The notes: generated by a model not told the origin, from the letters alone. A stretch of 64,000 bases of DNA from Nanobdellota archaeon (GCA_030648155.1 JAUSIK010000008.1:274491-338490), one strand, 5' to 3'; shown: positions 8,714-19,191, numbered from the stretch's first letter. Program-made: numbers and translations.

Positions 8714-10219
8714 ATGGAATTAGATCAAAAACAAAAGCAAGAATTAGAAGAATTACTAGACATACTTGTAAGTGTAAGAGGCCGTCATACTGAACTAGTC
8801 ACTGTAATGATCCCTGCTGGCTTCAATATTTCTTCAGTTGTTCGCCAATTAGAAGCAGAAAAATCAACTGCAGCAAATATAAAGTCAAAAGCAACAAGAA
8901 CAGCCGTAGAAGATTCTCTAGAAAGAATTATTCGTGAATTAAAAAACTATAAGCAAACTCCAAAAAATGGTTTAGCCGCGTTCGCTGGCAACATATCACA
9001 AAAAGAAGGAGTTCAAGATCTAAAATTATGGTTATATGAACCTGCAAAACCTCTAAATGTAAGAATCTACAGATGTGATCAAGTCTTTATAATCGACCCA
9101 TTAAAGGAAATGCTGGAAGCTCAAGAAATTTATGGATTATTAGTTATTGACAGGCAAGAAGCAACTATAGGCATACTTGAAGGAAAACAAATTAAATTAA
9201 TAACGCATATGACTTCAGGAGTCCCAGGAAAAGTCAGGGCCGGAGGCCAATGTCTCTCTCCTGATACTCTTGTAATAAAAGATAATGGTGAAAAAATAAA
9301 AATAAGAGATATTAAAATAGGCGATAAAATCAAAGCACTAGACGTTCCAAATAGAGAATTAGTCTATACAAAATGTACTAAAATATGGAAAAATACAAAA
9401 AGCAGTTATCTCGAAATAAAAACAAGCAATAATAACTTGCTTATTTTATCAGAAGACCACACTCTATTTATTCTAGAAGGCAATAAACTAAAAGAAATTA
9501 CTGCAGATATGACAATGCAAGGCGCAGTTCTTTTAAATGATAAAAAAGAAAAAGAGTCTATAACAAAAATAACAAAAATAAAAAATAAGATAGGCCTGAT
9601 AGATATAGAGACAATTTCTGAAAATTTCTTTGCCAATAATATTTTAGTGCATAATTCCTCACAGCGATTTCACAGAATTACAGAAGGTCTGGCAAAAGAA
9701 TTCTTCCGCCGAGTTTCAGGTGAAATGAAAAAAGTATTTTTTGAAATGCCTAAATTAAAAGGAATTCTTGTAGGCGGACCAATTCCAACCAAAGAAGAAT
9801 TTCTAGAAGAAGGAGATTTACCAACTACCTTAAGAAATAAAGTAATTGCAGTTAAAGATTTAGGTTATACAGATATGCACGGCCTAGAACTATTAGTAGA
9901 ACAATCACAGCAGGATATTGCCGAGCAAGAATTAGTAAAAGAAAAGAATATACTAGCAAAATTCTTTGAAACATTAGGAAAACATAGGGAAAAAGCAGCC
10001 TATGGTTTAGAAAAAGTTAAATTAGCCCTCCAAAGAGGTGCAGTTGATATTTTGCTAATTTCCAAAAAACTTCCAAAAAATGAGGCAGAAGAGCTAGAAA
10101 AAGCAGCAGCAAACATTGGTGCTGAAATAATAATAATCTCCACAGACAATCAGTATGGAGAACAGTTTCTTAATCTAACAAAAGGTGTAGGTGCTGTGTT
10201 AAGGTTTGCGTTAGAATAA
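8714..10219 (+). CDS. prf1: Peptide chain release factor aRF1, intein-containing (366 aa after splicing)
   Basis: NIKS, YRCD and GGQ motifs; C-terminal GVGAVLRF; 135-aa insertion after GGQ. Confidence 0.95.
   Translation: MELDQKQKQELEELLDILVSVRGRHTELVTVMIPAGFNISSVVRQLEAEKSTAANIKSKATRTAVEDSLERIIRELKNYKQTPKNGLAAFAGNISQKEGVQDLKLWLYEPAKPLNVRIYRCDQVFIIDPLKEMLEAQEIYGLLVIDRQEATIGILEGKQIKLITHMTSGVPGKVRAGGQCLSPDTLVIKDNGEKIKIRDIKIGDKIKALDVPNRELVYTKCTKIWKNTKSSYLEIKTSNNNLLILSEDHTLFILEGNKLKEITADMTMQGAVLLNDKKEKESITKITKIKNKIGLIDIETISENFFANNILVHNSSQRFHRITEGLAKEFFRRVSGEMKKVFFEMPKLKGILVGGPIPTKEEFLEEGDLPTTLRNKVIAVKDLGYTDMHGLELLVEQSQQDIAEQELVKEKNILAKFFETLGKHREKAAYGLEKVKLALQRGAVDILLISKKLPKNEAEELEKAAANIGAEIIIISTDNQYGEQFLNLTKGVGAVLRFALE
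9251..9655 (+). mobile_element. Mini-intein (135 aa, no endonuclease) in aRF1 at GGQ/S
   Basis: Block A CLSPDTLV, block B SEDH, block F LIDIET..NFFANN, block G VHN followed by Ser+1. Confidence 0.93.
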
Positions 10220-10265
10220 AAAAAATAAAGATAAATTTAAATATAGATAGAAAGCGATATATGAT

Positions 10266-10775
10266 ATGGAAAATATTAGCGAACAATTACAACAAGAATG
10301 CTCGGACTTAGAAAAAATAATAGAATGCCAAACTCCAGAAGATTTCTCATTTATTATTTTAAATAATTACAAACAAGCAAGAAAAAAAGTTATGAGTGCT
10401 CCTATAGTAAATGAAGCATCTAAGCCAGGTTCGAATATAACAAAAAACTTATTTAATGTTTGTCTCAAAAATGGCCTAGAGCTAGAAACTAAAAAACCTT
10501 TTTTAGCCTCGGTTGCTTTTTATATTTTTGGTGAACGGCAATATAAAAAGTCTATAGTTTACTTAAATGCTTATCTAGGTATGCATAATCATTCAACAGC
10601 AGAAATAATAAACAATCACCGTGTAGAAGAGAAACCAAGTTATGTTCAAAGATTTGCACTTAATGCATTAAGAAAACTTATAGGTAGAAATAAACCTATT
10701 TATAGAATGAAAGACGAAAAAAAAGACATAGAAGAAGAGATTAATCGTGCCCTAAAATATATTTATCAATATTAA
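10266..10775 (+). CDS. Hypothetical protein
   Basis: 169-aa ORF with TATA-like TTTAAATA upstream; no recognised motif. Confidence 0.55.
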   Translation: MENISEQLQQECSDLEKIIECQTPEDFSFIILNNYKQARKKVMSAPIVNEASKPGSNITKNLFNVCLKNGLELETKKPFLASVAFYIFGERQYKKSIVYLNAYLGMHNHSTAEIINNHRVEEKPSYVQRFALNALRKLIGRNKPIYRMKDEKKDIEEEINRALKYIYQY

Positions 10776-11587
10776 GGATCAAACCTAAAAAATCTTTCTG
10801 GCCAATTTGGGTTTAATAAAATATCTCCATAGTTCGAAACCAATGCGTTAGCATTAAGTCTAATTCCCGTACATTGCATGTACAATTCAAAAGCATCTAA
10901 AGATAAACAAGGTCCATCAAATTCTTTCAACTTCTCAACAAGTTCATCTTTAGCCAATTTAACTTTTTCTTTCCCTTCTTTCCTGGATTCTTTAAGAGAG
11001 ATAAAACCAAAATAATTTTCATTATCTCTATATTTTATAGGAGAAATATTCAAGCCAGCACTTTGGTTAAGCATCTTAGAGTCTAATTCTTCAAAGAGTT
11101 TTTTCATGTTTTCCAATGATTTTTCCCTGTCAATTCTGATTATGCCTCTTCCATCCATTCGGTCAAAAGCCTTTTGAGGATCAGCTAAATCATTTTTTAA
11201 ATTAAACCAACTAGTTAATTCTTCGTGCTCCGCAGAGAATGAACTAATAATATGAGTCACGCCAAATAATTCAGGCTCTTTCAAAACAACTCTTTTTATG
11301 CCTGAAAAACCATCTATAGAATTCAAATATTTGTCTAAAGGAAAGCTAAAAGTTCCAGACCTTTTACCTGGATTTTCTCCATTTATAAATTCATAATCAC
11401 TCTCCATTATTTTTAATCCTTTTTCATCAATATGCCTTCCGACAATTCCATTTACAACTCTTGCGCTTTTAACAACATCCTTAGCTCTTTCTAAACTATA
11501 AAGAATTCCAACTACAGGCCCCACCATACTTTCATAATCTCTAACTTGTAAATTTGGTTTTATAACATCTATTTCCAATTTAACCAT
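10772..11587 (-). CDS. Hypothetical protein
   Basis: 271-aa ORF, convergent 4-nt overlap with the previous gene; no recognised motif. Confidence 0.6.
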   Translation of the reverse strand: MVKLEIDVIKPNLQVRDYESMVGPVVGILYSLERAKDVVKSARVVNGIVGRHIDEKGLKIMESDYEFINGENPGKRSGTFSFPLDKYLNSIDGFSGIKRVVLKEPELFGVTHIISSFSAEHEELTSWFNLKNDLADPQKAFDRMDGRGIIRIDREKSLENMKKLFEELDSKMLNQSAGLNISPIKYRDNENYFGFISLKESRKEGKEKVKLAKDELVEKLKEFDGPCLSLDAFELYMQCTGIRLNANALVSNYGDILLNPNWPERFFRFDP

Positions 11588-11720
11588 ACAAGCCCTATAA
11601 AGATTAACTTTAAAAACCTTATCCTAAATTTTCTCTACTATCTGATAATAAATTTCCCTACAAACAACAATCTCCCAACTATAAAAAATATCTAAATGTT
11701 TATAATTTCAAAAAATTTAA

Positions 11721-12278
11721 ATGGATATGTTCAATTTCAAAAGAAGTCTAGGATACTCTCTTCTTGTTTTTTCAAGTTTATCAAGTTGTAATGTTATAGA
11801 AAGAATAAGCGAAAACCAGGAAAGTATAAATCTTAGAAAAGAAGGATATAATCCTTATCATGTTAAAGGTTGTGGCCCAAAAACATTAAAAAAAGTTCTT
11901 GAAAAATTCGGTATAAAAAAAGAAGAGAAAGAATTAAGTAAAGAAATATTGGACAGTAATATTTCAGGAAACATCTTGAGAGATTCTTTATCTATAATAA
12001 ACAATAACGCAATGATAATAACCTGGCCCTGGGAAATGGAAGAATCCCTAAAAAAATATCTAAAAAACTATTATGAAATATTTAAACAAGAAGGCAGTCA
12101 AGAAAAATTATTGGACAATCTTGAAAAAATAATTAAAGACCAAGATAATGCAGTAGTTTTAATTAAAGTTAAAGGAAGTATTGGAAGCTATCATTGGATA
12201 CCATCATTTGATAATCCTAAGGATTTTTATGATAAAAATACACGTATTTGTCTTCTTTATTTATTAAAGAAAAAATAA
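11721..12278 (+). CDS. Putative lipoprotein with C39/papain-like Cys-His motif
   Basis: Signal plus lipobox-like LSSC; GCGPKTLKKVL (Cys) and YHWIP (His). Confidence 0.55.
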   Translation: MDMFNFKRSLGYSLLVFSSLSSCNVIERISENQESINLRKEGYNPYHVKGCGPKTLKKVLEKFGIKKEEKELSKEILDSNISGNILRDSLSIINNNAMIITWPWEMEESLKKYLKNYYEIFKQEGSQEKLLDNLEKIIKDQDNAVVLIKVKGSIGSYHWIPSFDNPKDFYDKNTRICLLYLLKKK

Positions 12279-12418
12279 ATCCAATATATTCTATCTCTCT
12301 GAAGGCTCAATCTTGAATAATTTTTTCCAAAATTTTAACCCTTAGTTGATAGTACTTTTCATCCCCCATTATAATCACTGCTCAAAGAACAATTAGTGAG
12401 ATTTGCGTTAGAATAATC

Positions 12419-12922
12419 TCAAAAAAAATCTATAAATCTATTAGAAAAAGTTCCACTATCCCCGCAATGATAAACTTTATGTAAAATTTGATTAAGTCTG
12501 CCCTTAACTTTATAGCCTTGCTCTTCTATCATCCTTCTATTCTCTCCAGAAATAATTAATTGTGGCGCTTTAAAAGAATTAGGCTTAAACCCAAAACATT
12601 TTTCAAAAGCTCCTGCCCCTATATTCAAATAACCAGCATTTCTGCTATAACCGAATTCCTCAAAACTATGATAAACCCCATGTAATCCTAAACTTTTATT
12701 AAAACTCAATATATACTCGCACCATTCAGGATAATTTTCAATAGAATCATTCTGAAATATAGGTATAACCCATAAAACATCACTTTTCATTAAAATATCC
12801 CCAGAACACCCTATTGCAGGACTAACGTCATCAATTTCCCTAGAATTAAATATTCGCACAATAAAAAGCAATATAACCATTGATAATATAACTAAAAGAA
12901 CAATAACCCCTTTATTTTTCAT
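12419..12922 (-). CDS. DUF2334/NodB-like polysaccharide deacetylase, membrane-anchored
   Basis: IDDVSP, LGLHGVYH, FKAPQL; N-terminal TM. Confidence 0.7.
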   Translation of the reverse strand: MKNKGVIVLLVILSMVILLFIVRIFNSREIDDVSPAIGCSGDILMKSDVLWVIPIFQNDSIENYPEWCEYILSFNKSLGLHGVYHSFEEFGYSRNAGYLNIGAGAFEKCFGFKPNSFKAPQLIISGENRRMIEEQGYKVKGRLNQILHKVYHCGDSGTFSNRFIDFF

Positions 12923-13000
12923 AAAATGACTAAATTAAACCCTAATATAAACTCTTTCTTATCCCTTTAAAACAACAAACCATATAAATCGCCCTTATAT

Positions 13001-16000
13001 ATGGATATTATGGATAAGAAAAAGAAAAGAGAGGACCTAATCTTGGAAGCAAAGAGATTCTTTGACTCTCATAAAAAAGAGATAGTAGAGGCAGCAAGAG
13101 AAGGAGAAAGAGTAATAAGAATAAAATTTTCAGACCTTTCAAAATTTTCTCCAGAATTGGCAGATAATTTAATAGACACGCCGGAAGAAACTCTGGAAAT
13201 ATTAGAAGCTGCTTTAGAAGAGTCTGAATATGTAAAAAATCCCAGAATAAGAATTGTAGATCCCCCGCATACAACAAATATATCGATAAGAAATATTAGA
13301 GCAAAGCATCTTGACCAATTTATTTCTATTGAGGGCATTGTCAAACAGGCCTCTGATGTTAGGCCTCAAGTTATTAACGCTAGATTTGAATGCCCAAGTT
13401 GTGGGGCAATACTTTCCGTTTTGCAGGTAGATAGAAAATTTCATGATCCCTCACGGTGTTCATGTCAATGGAAAGGAAATTTTAAACTTTTATCAAAAGA
13501 AATGGTTGACGTACAGCGCCTTGTAATAGAAGAATCCCCTGACTCTCTTGAGGGAGGAGAACAGCCAAGAAGAATAAACGTCTTCCTAAAAGAAGATTTA
13601 GTTGATCCAAAAATGGAAGAAAGAACAACTCCTGGTAGCAAAGCAAAAATCCATGGCATACTAAAAGAAATTCCTGTTCCTCTTCCAACAGGCATATCCA
13701 CTAGATTTGATATAGCATTAGAAGCAAATAATATAATTCCAACTGAAGAGTCTTTTGAAGACCTTAATATTAAAGAAGAAGATATGAAAGAAATTCTAGA
13801 GTTAGCTGCAGATCCTTTAGTGTTTAAAAGATTGTCTCAAAGTATCGCTCCCAGTATATATGGTTTTGAGAAAATAAAAGAAGCGGTGCTTCTCCAAATT
13901 TTTGGAGGCGTCAAAAAAACAAAGTCAGATGGTGGCTCAACTAGAGGAGATATCCATATTCTTCTGGTAGGTGATCCTGGAGTAGCAAAGTCTGTAATGT
14001 TAAAATTTATTTCAACGGTAGGCCCTAAAGGACGCTACGTATCAGGAAAAGCCGCCAGTGCAGCAGGTATTACTGCTTCTGTAGTTAAAGATGAATTTCT
14101 TAAAGGCTGGTCTTTGGAAGCTGGAGCAATGGTATTAAGTAATCATGGAATAATTTGTCTTGATGAAATTGAAAAAATGAGCGAACAAGATAGATCATCA
14201 ATGCATGAAGCGATGGAACAGCAATGTTACCATCCTAATCTAGAAATATCATTTCCAGATGGTTCAAAAGAAAAAATAGGCACTTTAGTAAACTCTTTAA
14301 TGGAAAAATATAAGAATAAAATACAACCAGGAATTAATTGTGAAATTCTTCCTCTAGAGGAAGAGATAAAAGTTTTAACTACTGATTTCGAATCGATCTA
14401 TCCTGCCAAAATAAAAAATCTAAGCCGGCATAAATCTCCAGAAGAATTAATAAAAATAACCCTAAATAATGGAAGAGAAATAACAGTTACTCCAGAGCAT
14501 CCATGTTGGGTAATAAGAGATGGAAAAATAACCACTACTCCAGCTGAAAAACTCTCAAATGAAGAATTTTTCCCAATTCCAGCAGAATTACCTATAGAAG
14601 GAGAAGAACAGACTTTCGCACAAAAACCATGGAAGAACGGGCCTCAATTATGCAAACTTCTAGGGTATCACATAAGCGATGGTTGTTGCGAATTAAATAG
14701 AGGAAAAAAGAACGGAATTCAATTCTCTAACAAGAATAGTGTCCTAATTGAGGATTATAAAAATTCAATTAATTCTTTATTTAATTTAGTTCCAGGCATA
14801 ACAAAAAAGCAAGAGGTATTTTCAGTAAGAGTAATTTCGAAAGAAGTTGCCGAATTTATGCACTCATTAGACAAAAATTTGATGGAAAAAGGAATATTAA
14901 AAGTCATCCCAGATAAAATTATGAAGTGCAAAAAAGAAGATCTTGCATTTTTGTTAAGAGCATTATTTGATGGAGATGGTACTGTAGTTAACGTAAAGAG
15001 AAATGGTCTTAGAATAGGCCTTATAACTGAAAATAAAAAGTTAGCAGAACAAGTTGCTGAATTGCTTCTAAGATTCGGAATAATTTCCTCTATTTACAAA
15101 GATGAAGAGTTTTATAGACTAGATATTACTGGTGAAGAAAATATTTTAAAGTACTATGAAAATATAGGTTTCTTGTCAGATAAAAAACAAAATAGAATTA
15201 AAGAGTATTTATCCAAAACAAGAACATTCAGGTCAGTTACAGATATAATTCCTAATGTGACTCCTGCAATAGCAGACATATTCAAAAAATTAAAAATTAA
15301 TCAGCAAAAGTATTTAGGAAACCAAATTTGTATGAACTGTAATAAACATCGTAATTTTCTTCAAAAAATGACTAAAATAGCAGAAGAAAAAGTAGAAAGA
15401 TTATTTAACGAAAAAGAAAATCTTTTAAAAACCTTGAATACAAAAAAATTAGGGCAAATAAGGAAGAATTTAGAGTTATCTGCCTTATATATTTCAGAAA
15501 AATTAGGTATTTCGGATTATTTATTAGGCGAGAAAGAAAAAAAAGAACTAAATGATGAAAATTATCAAAAAGTCTTGCTGTATGAAATAGAAAGTATGCT
15601 ATCGATACTTCCAACATTAAGAGAAATAAAAAGATTAGCTTTTGGAAAGATAAAATGGGCAAAAATAAAATCAGTAGAGAGAATAAAAGCGGATACAAAA
15701 TGGGTATATGATATCACTATTGAACCTACTCACAGTTTTATTTCAAATAATATGGTATTGCATAACTCGGTTACAATCGCCAAAGCAAACATTCATGCAA
15801 CTCTTCGAGCAGAAACAACAGTTCTTGCAGCAGGAAACCCTAAACTAGGTCGTTTTGACCCTTATACGCCGATTCCACAGCAAATAGATATCTCTCCTGC
15901 CTTGCTCTCAAGATTTGATGTAATATTTATAATTAGAGACCTTCCAAATAAAGTCCAGGATGAAGCAATTGCATCTCACGTATTGCAGGAGCATACTCAA

Positions 16001-16564
16001 GAAGTAATCAGAGACATAGTCAAGCCAAAATTAATGAGAAAATATGTAGCTTATGCAAAACAAAAAATAAAACCAAAACTTACTGAAGAAGCAATAAATG
16101 AGATAAAAAACTTTTATGTGAAATTAAGAAACCAATCAATAAAATCTGATTCAGAAATAAAACCTATCCCAATAACGGCAAGACAGTTAGAAGGAATAAT
16201 TAGGTTAGCAGAAGCTCATGCTAAACTTCATCTAAGAAAAACAGTAACGGCCAAAGATGCGCAAACTGCCATAGACCTTCTAAAAACCTCTCTATCGCAA
16301 GTAGGCTATGATGAAGAGACTCAAACATTTGATATAGATAAGATAACAACAGGAATATCTTCATCAAAAAGAGGAAAAATTGTTCTTGTAAAAGAAACCC
16401 TTTCACATCTAGAGGCCCAATTAGGAAAATTAATACCTATAGAAGAAATAGAAAAAGCTCTTGAAAACAAAATAACAAAACCAGAATTAGATGAAGCTAT
16501 AGACCAATTATCAAAGATGGGAGACATCTTCAAGCCAAAACAAGGATTTATTCAAAAAATCTAA
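13001..16564 (+). CDS. mcm: Replicative MCM helicase, intein-containing (673 aa after splicing)
   Basis: Zn finger CPSC..CSC, Walker A GDPGVAKS, Walker B LDEIEKM, EAMEQQ, LLSRFD, TARQLE. Confidence 0.97.
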   Translation: MDIMDKKKKREDLILEAKRFFDSHKKEIVEAAREGERVIRIKFSDLSKFSPELADNLIDTPEETLEILEAALEESEYVKNPRIRIVDPPHTTNISIRNIRAKHLDQFISIEGIVKQASDVRPQVINARFECPSCGAILSVLQVDRKFHDPSRCSCQWKGNFKLLSKEMVDVQRLVIEESPDSLEGGEQPRRINVFLKEDLVDPKMEERTTPGSKAKIHGILKEIPVPLPTGISTRFDIALEANNIIPTEESFEDLNIKEEDMKEILELAADPLVFKRLSQSIAPSIYGFEKIKEAVLLQIFGGVKKTKSDGGSTRGDIHILLVGDPGVAKSVMLKFISTVGPKGRYVSGKAASAAGITASVVKDEFLKGWSLEAGAMVLSNHGIICLDEIEKMSEQDRSSMHEAMEQQCYHPNLEISFPDGSKEKIGTLVNSLMEKYKNKIQPGINCEILPLEEEIKVLTTDFESIYPAKIKNLSRHKSPEELIKITLNNGREITVTPEHPCWVIRDGKITTTPAEKLSNEEFFPIPAELPIEGEEQTFAQKPWKNGPQLCKLLGYHISDGCCELNRGKKNGIQFSNKNSVLIEDYKNSINSLFNLVPGITKKQEVFSVRVISKEVAEFMHSLDKNLMEKGILKVIPDKIMKCKKEDLAFLLRALFDGDGTVVNVKRNGLRIGLITENKKLAEQVAELLLRFGIISSIYKDEEFYRLDITGEENILKYYENIGFLSDKKQNRIKEYLSKTRTFRSVTDIIPNVTPAIADIFKKLKINQQKYLGNQICMNCNKHRNFLQKMTKIAEEKVERLFNEKENLLKTLNTKKLGQIRKNLELSALYISEKLGISDYLLGEKEKKELNDENYQKVLLYEIESMLSILPTLREIKRLAFGKIKWAKIKSVERIKADTKWVYDITIEPTHSFISNNMVLHNSVTIAKANIHATLRAETTVLAAGNPKLGRFDPYTPIPQQIDISPALLSRFDVIFIIRDLPNKVQDEAIASHVLQEHTQEVIRDIVKPKLMRKYVAYAKQKIKPKLTEEAINEIKNFYVKLRNQSIKSDSEIKPIPITARQLEGIIRLAEAHAKLHLRKTVTAKDAQTAIDLLKTSLSQVGYDEETQTFDIDKITTGISSSKRGKIVLVKETLSHLEAQLGKLIPIEEIEKALENKITKPELDEAIDQLSKMGDIFKPKQGFIQKI
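14225..15766 (+). mobile_element. 514-aa intein with LAGLIDADG homing endonuclease in MCM at EQQ/S
   Basis: CYHPNLEI start, TPEH block B, LLGYHISDG and LLRALFDGDG endonuclease motifs, VYDITIEPTHSF..VLHN/S end. Confidence 0.95.
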
Positions 16565-16761
16565 GCAGCTAAATTCCTTGCCTTACCAAAACCATAAAAA
16601 TTCTTTCCCACTCTATTATTTTTCTCCCTTCAAAAATAATGGTCTATTTCAAATATGAAAAAGCCTCAATACCTTCATATGTTAAAAAGGTACGGGAATA
16701 ATTAAAATCTAAGCCCATCGAGCAATCTTGTTATTTATGGCTCACTACTCATTACTTAAAA

Positions 16762-17289
16762 TTATTTTTCTAAATGCTTCCTACACCCTATGAGCTTAAT
16801 ATTATATTTACTACCCTCTTTTTCTACAAGACTAACATAAGTATTTCCGTATTTACTACTATATTCTCTGACTATTTTTCCTCCCTCTTCCCTACTTCCT
16901 GTTGAAATTGCTAGAAGTGTAAGAATTGATGACCCGTGAGCCACCACTAAAACGTTTTTATTTTCTCTTTCTATATCTTTAAAAGATTCATCACATTTCT
17001 TAATAAATTCTTCAAGGTTTTCATCATCAAGCATATCTCTTAATCTTATATCTAATTTTATCTTGACTTCATGAAATTTATTTATTTCTTTAGCTGTCTG
17101 AAGTGCTCTTTTTAGATCAGAAGAATAAATAATATCTATTTTTTCAGATTTTAGTCTTTGAGCAACTTTTAATGCTTGCTCCTCTCCTTCTTTGCTTAAT
17201 CTAGTGTCTGCCCATTCATCTCCTCTTCCTTGAGATATCCCTTTTGCGTTAGCTAATGATTCTCCGTGGCGAACAAGTATAATATTCAT
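16762..17289 (-). CDS. Histidine phosphatase (phosphoglycerate mutase-like) family
   Basis: ILVRHGES, YSSDLKRALQTA, VVAHG. Confidence 0.9.
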   Translation of the reverse strand: MNIILVRHGESLANAKGISQGRGDEWADTRLSKEGEEQALKVAQRLKSEKIDIIYSSDLKRALQTAKEINKFHEVKIKLDIRLRDMLDDENLEEFIKKCDESFKDIERENKNVLVVAHGSSILTLLAISTGSREEGGKIVREYSSKYGNTYVSLVEKEGSKYNIKLIGCRKHLEK

Positions 17290-17446
17290 AATCTTTTATT
17301 TGTTTTAATTCTTTTAAATCTATTGGCTACATTGCATCATAATTGCCTTTTTAGACACTATTTAGACAGGTCAGACTTTATGACAGACTTTCTCCTATCC
17401 AAATACTAAACAAAAACATTTAAACCCTTATTCCTAAAGTTCTTTT

Positions 17447-18094
17447 ATGGCAGACCAAAAAGAGGAATTAAAACAGCCCATTTCAACAGAACAATATAAA
17501 AGGCATATAGCTTTTAAATATAGAATAGGTAATCTTCTTACAGGCAAGCCCATACTTGAAAATGATCGACTAAGATTTTTAGAAATAAATAACAAAAATA
17601 TAATAAGAGTAAATATAATCGCGAACATAGTAGATAAATTTCTACAAGAGGGTGAAAAAAAATATGGTTCAATTACTCTTGACGATGCAACAGGCCAAAT
17701 TCGTGTAAAAGCATTTGGCGATGACTTATCCAAATTCTCCCCTTTCAATCAAGGCGACACAGTTCTTCTAATAGGTCTGGTAAAACATTGGAAAGATGAA
17801 ATATATATCTCTCCAGAAATAATAAAGAAAAAAGATCCTTCATTTCTTCTAATTAGGAAATTAGAAATAGAATCAGAAGAGCCAAAATCTCTAGATAAAG
17901 AGAAATTACTTCAATTAAAAGATAAAATTTTAGAAATGGTTAAAAACTCAGAATCAACAAATGGTATTGAAGTTGAAAAAATGATTCTTGAATTAAAAGA
18001 ACATCCTGATATAATTAATCAAGAAATTAAAAGACTTTTAGAAGATGGCATGGTCTATGAACCCCGTCCAGGAAAACTAAGATATCTAGGATAA
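17447..18094 (+). CDS. RPA32/RPA2-like OB-fold ssDNA-binding protein with C-terminal winged helix
   Basis: RVNIIANIVDK...ITLDDATGQIRVKAF; C-terminal LLEDGMVYEPRPGKLRY. Confidence 0.8.
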   Translation: MADQKEELKQPISTEQYKRHIAFKYRIGNLLTGKPILENDRLRFLEINNKNIIRVNIIANIVDKFLQEGEKKYGSITLDDATGQIRVKAFGDDLSKFSPFNQGDTVLLIGLVKHWKDEIYISPEIIKKKDPSFLLIRKLEIESEEPKSLDKEKLLQLKDKILEMVKNSESTNGIEVEKMILELKEHPDIINQEIKRLLEDGMVYEPRPGKLRYLG

Positions 18095-18144
18095 TCATAA
18101 TTTAACATAAGAATGTTTTTATAGTAAATAGTTATCCTGATTTA

Positions 18145-18546
18145 ATGGAAAAAGTTGGGCAAGAATTATCAAGAAAATGGTATCTATCAGGAAATTCTTT
18201 AAGCTTTGAACAAAAAGACAAAATAGGGGTATCTTATCTAATTAATATTCTAGGTGTAGATGAAAAAACAGTTCAAGATTTTTTAAAAACTATTCCAGGT
18301 TCATATAATGAAATTGGGCTTAGACAAAGTGGACTTATAAAAAGAAAAGAAGATTATAAAAAATTCTGGGAGGAAGTAAGTCAAATATCTCCTCAATTTC
18401 ATACTGCTGAAAATTTAGAATGGCTGATCACTAAAAAAGATATATTTAGCGTATGGCATTTTATGCATCAAATAGCAGATAATCCCCCTAATATTACATC
18501 CTCTAACCTAGCGAGAATAAGAATAAATGCTCACGTATATAAATAG
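18145..18546 (+). CDS. Hypothetical protein
   Basis: 133-aa ORF with upstream TATA-like sequence. Confidence 0.5.
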   Translation: MEKVGQELSRKWYLSGNSLSFEQKDKIGVSYLINILGVDEKTVQDFLKTIPGSYNEIGLRQSGLIKRKEDYKKFWEEVSQISPQFHTAENLEWLITKKDIFSVWHFMHQIADNPPNITSSNLARIRINAHVYK

Positions 18547-18552
18547 TATCGA

Positions 18553-19158
18553 CTAATTTTTCCTGCACAAATAATTCAAATATTTATCCTCTCCCAAATC
18601 TACTCCTTTAAAATGTAATATCTTAAAATTACGGCTTAATAAGTTTCTCATCTCTCCGTCTTTATATAATGAATAAAATCTTTTTTCACCTTTTATTGTT
18701 TTCCCCTCTTTCCATCCCTCAAAATTTCCTTCTTTCATGCCAATATAAAAAATACCATTATCCCCCAATATTCCTGCAATATTATCCAACGCAATAGAAA
18801 AATTATCTTTTGGCATATGAAGCAATGAGGTATATGCCCAAACTCCATTAAAATGACCCTCCCTGAAAGGCAAGTTCTCCAAATCACCCAAAACAACTCT
18901 CAACCCTTTACTTCTAGAAAGTCTGCACATAGAATTAGAAATATCTATCCCATATACATTTAGTCCCATGCCATCAAAAAAGATCATATCCCTTCCAGGC
19001 CCGCATCCTATATCGAGTATATTTCCCCCAGATAAATTATCTGCAAATAACTTGGCATCTCCAATTAAATAATCCTTTAAATAATGCTTAGTTTTACATT
19101 CATAACTTTCTGCATTAATTTCATAAATCCTTTTTGTTTCCTTCCTGTATTTTTCCAT
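18553..19158 (-). CDS. Class I SAM-dependent methyltransferase
   Basis: ILDIGCGPGRD, GIDIS, GDLENLPF, GVWAYTSLLH. Confidence 0.9.
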   Translation of the reverse strand: MEKYRKETKRIYEINAESYECKTKHYLKDYLIGDAKLFADNLSGGNILDIGCGPGRDMIFFDGMGLNVYGIDISNSMCRLSRSKGLRVVLGDLENLPFREGHFNGVWAYTSLLHMPKDNFSIALDNIAGILGDNGIFYIGMKEGNFEGWKEGKTIKGEKRFYSLYKDGEMRNLLSRNFKILHFKGVDLGEDKYLNYLCRKN

Positions 19159-19191
19159 AATAAAACAAAATAGTACTCTATATTAATATTA

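Noticed and set aside
13008-16533. Numerous short antisense ORFs inside mcm (and similar ones within valS, gatA, gatD, gatE, proS, ftsZ)
   Set aside because: Fully nested in confident genes and low-complexity L/F/S/I composition typical of shadow frames.
16562-16612. Minus-strand short frame ending ...GKARNLAA*, reminiscent of a tmRNA tag
   Set aside because: No tRNA-like ends or pseudoknots nearby, and the host is archaeal; probably chance.
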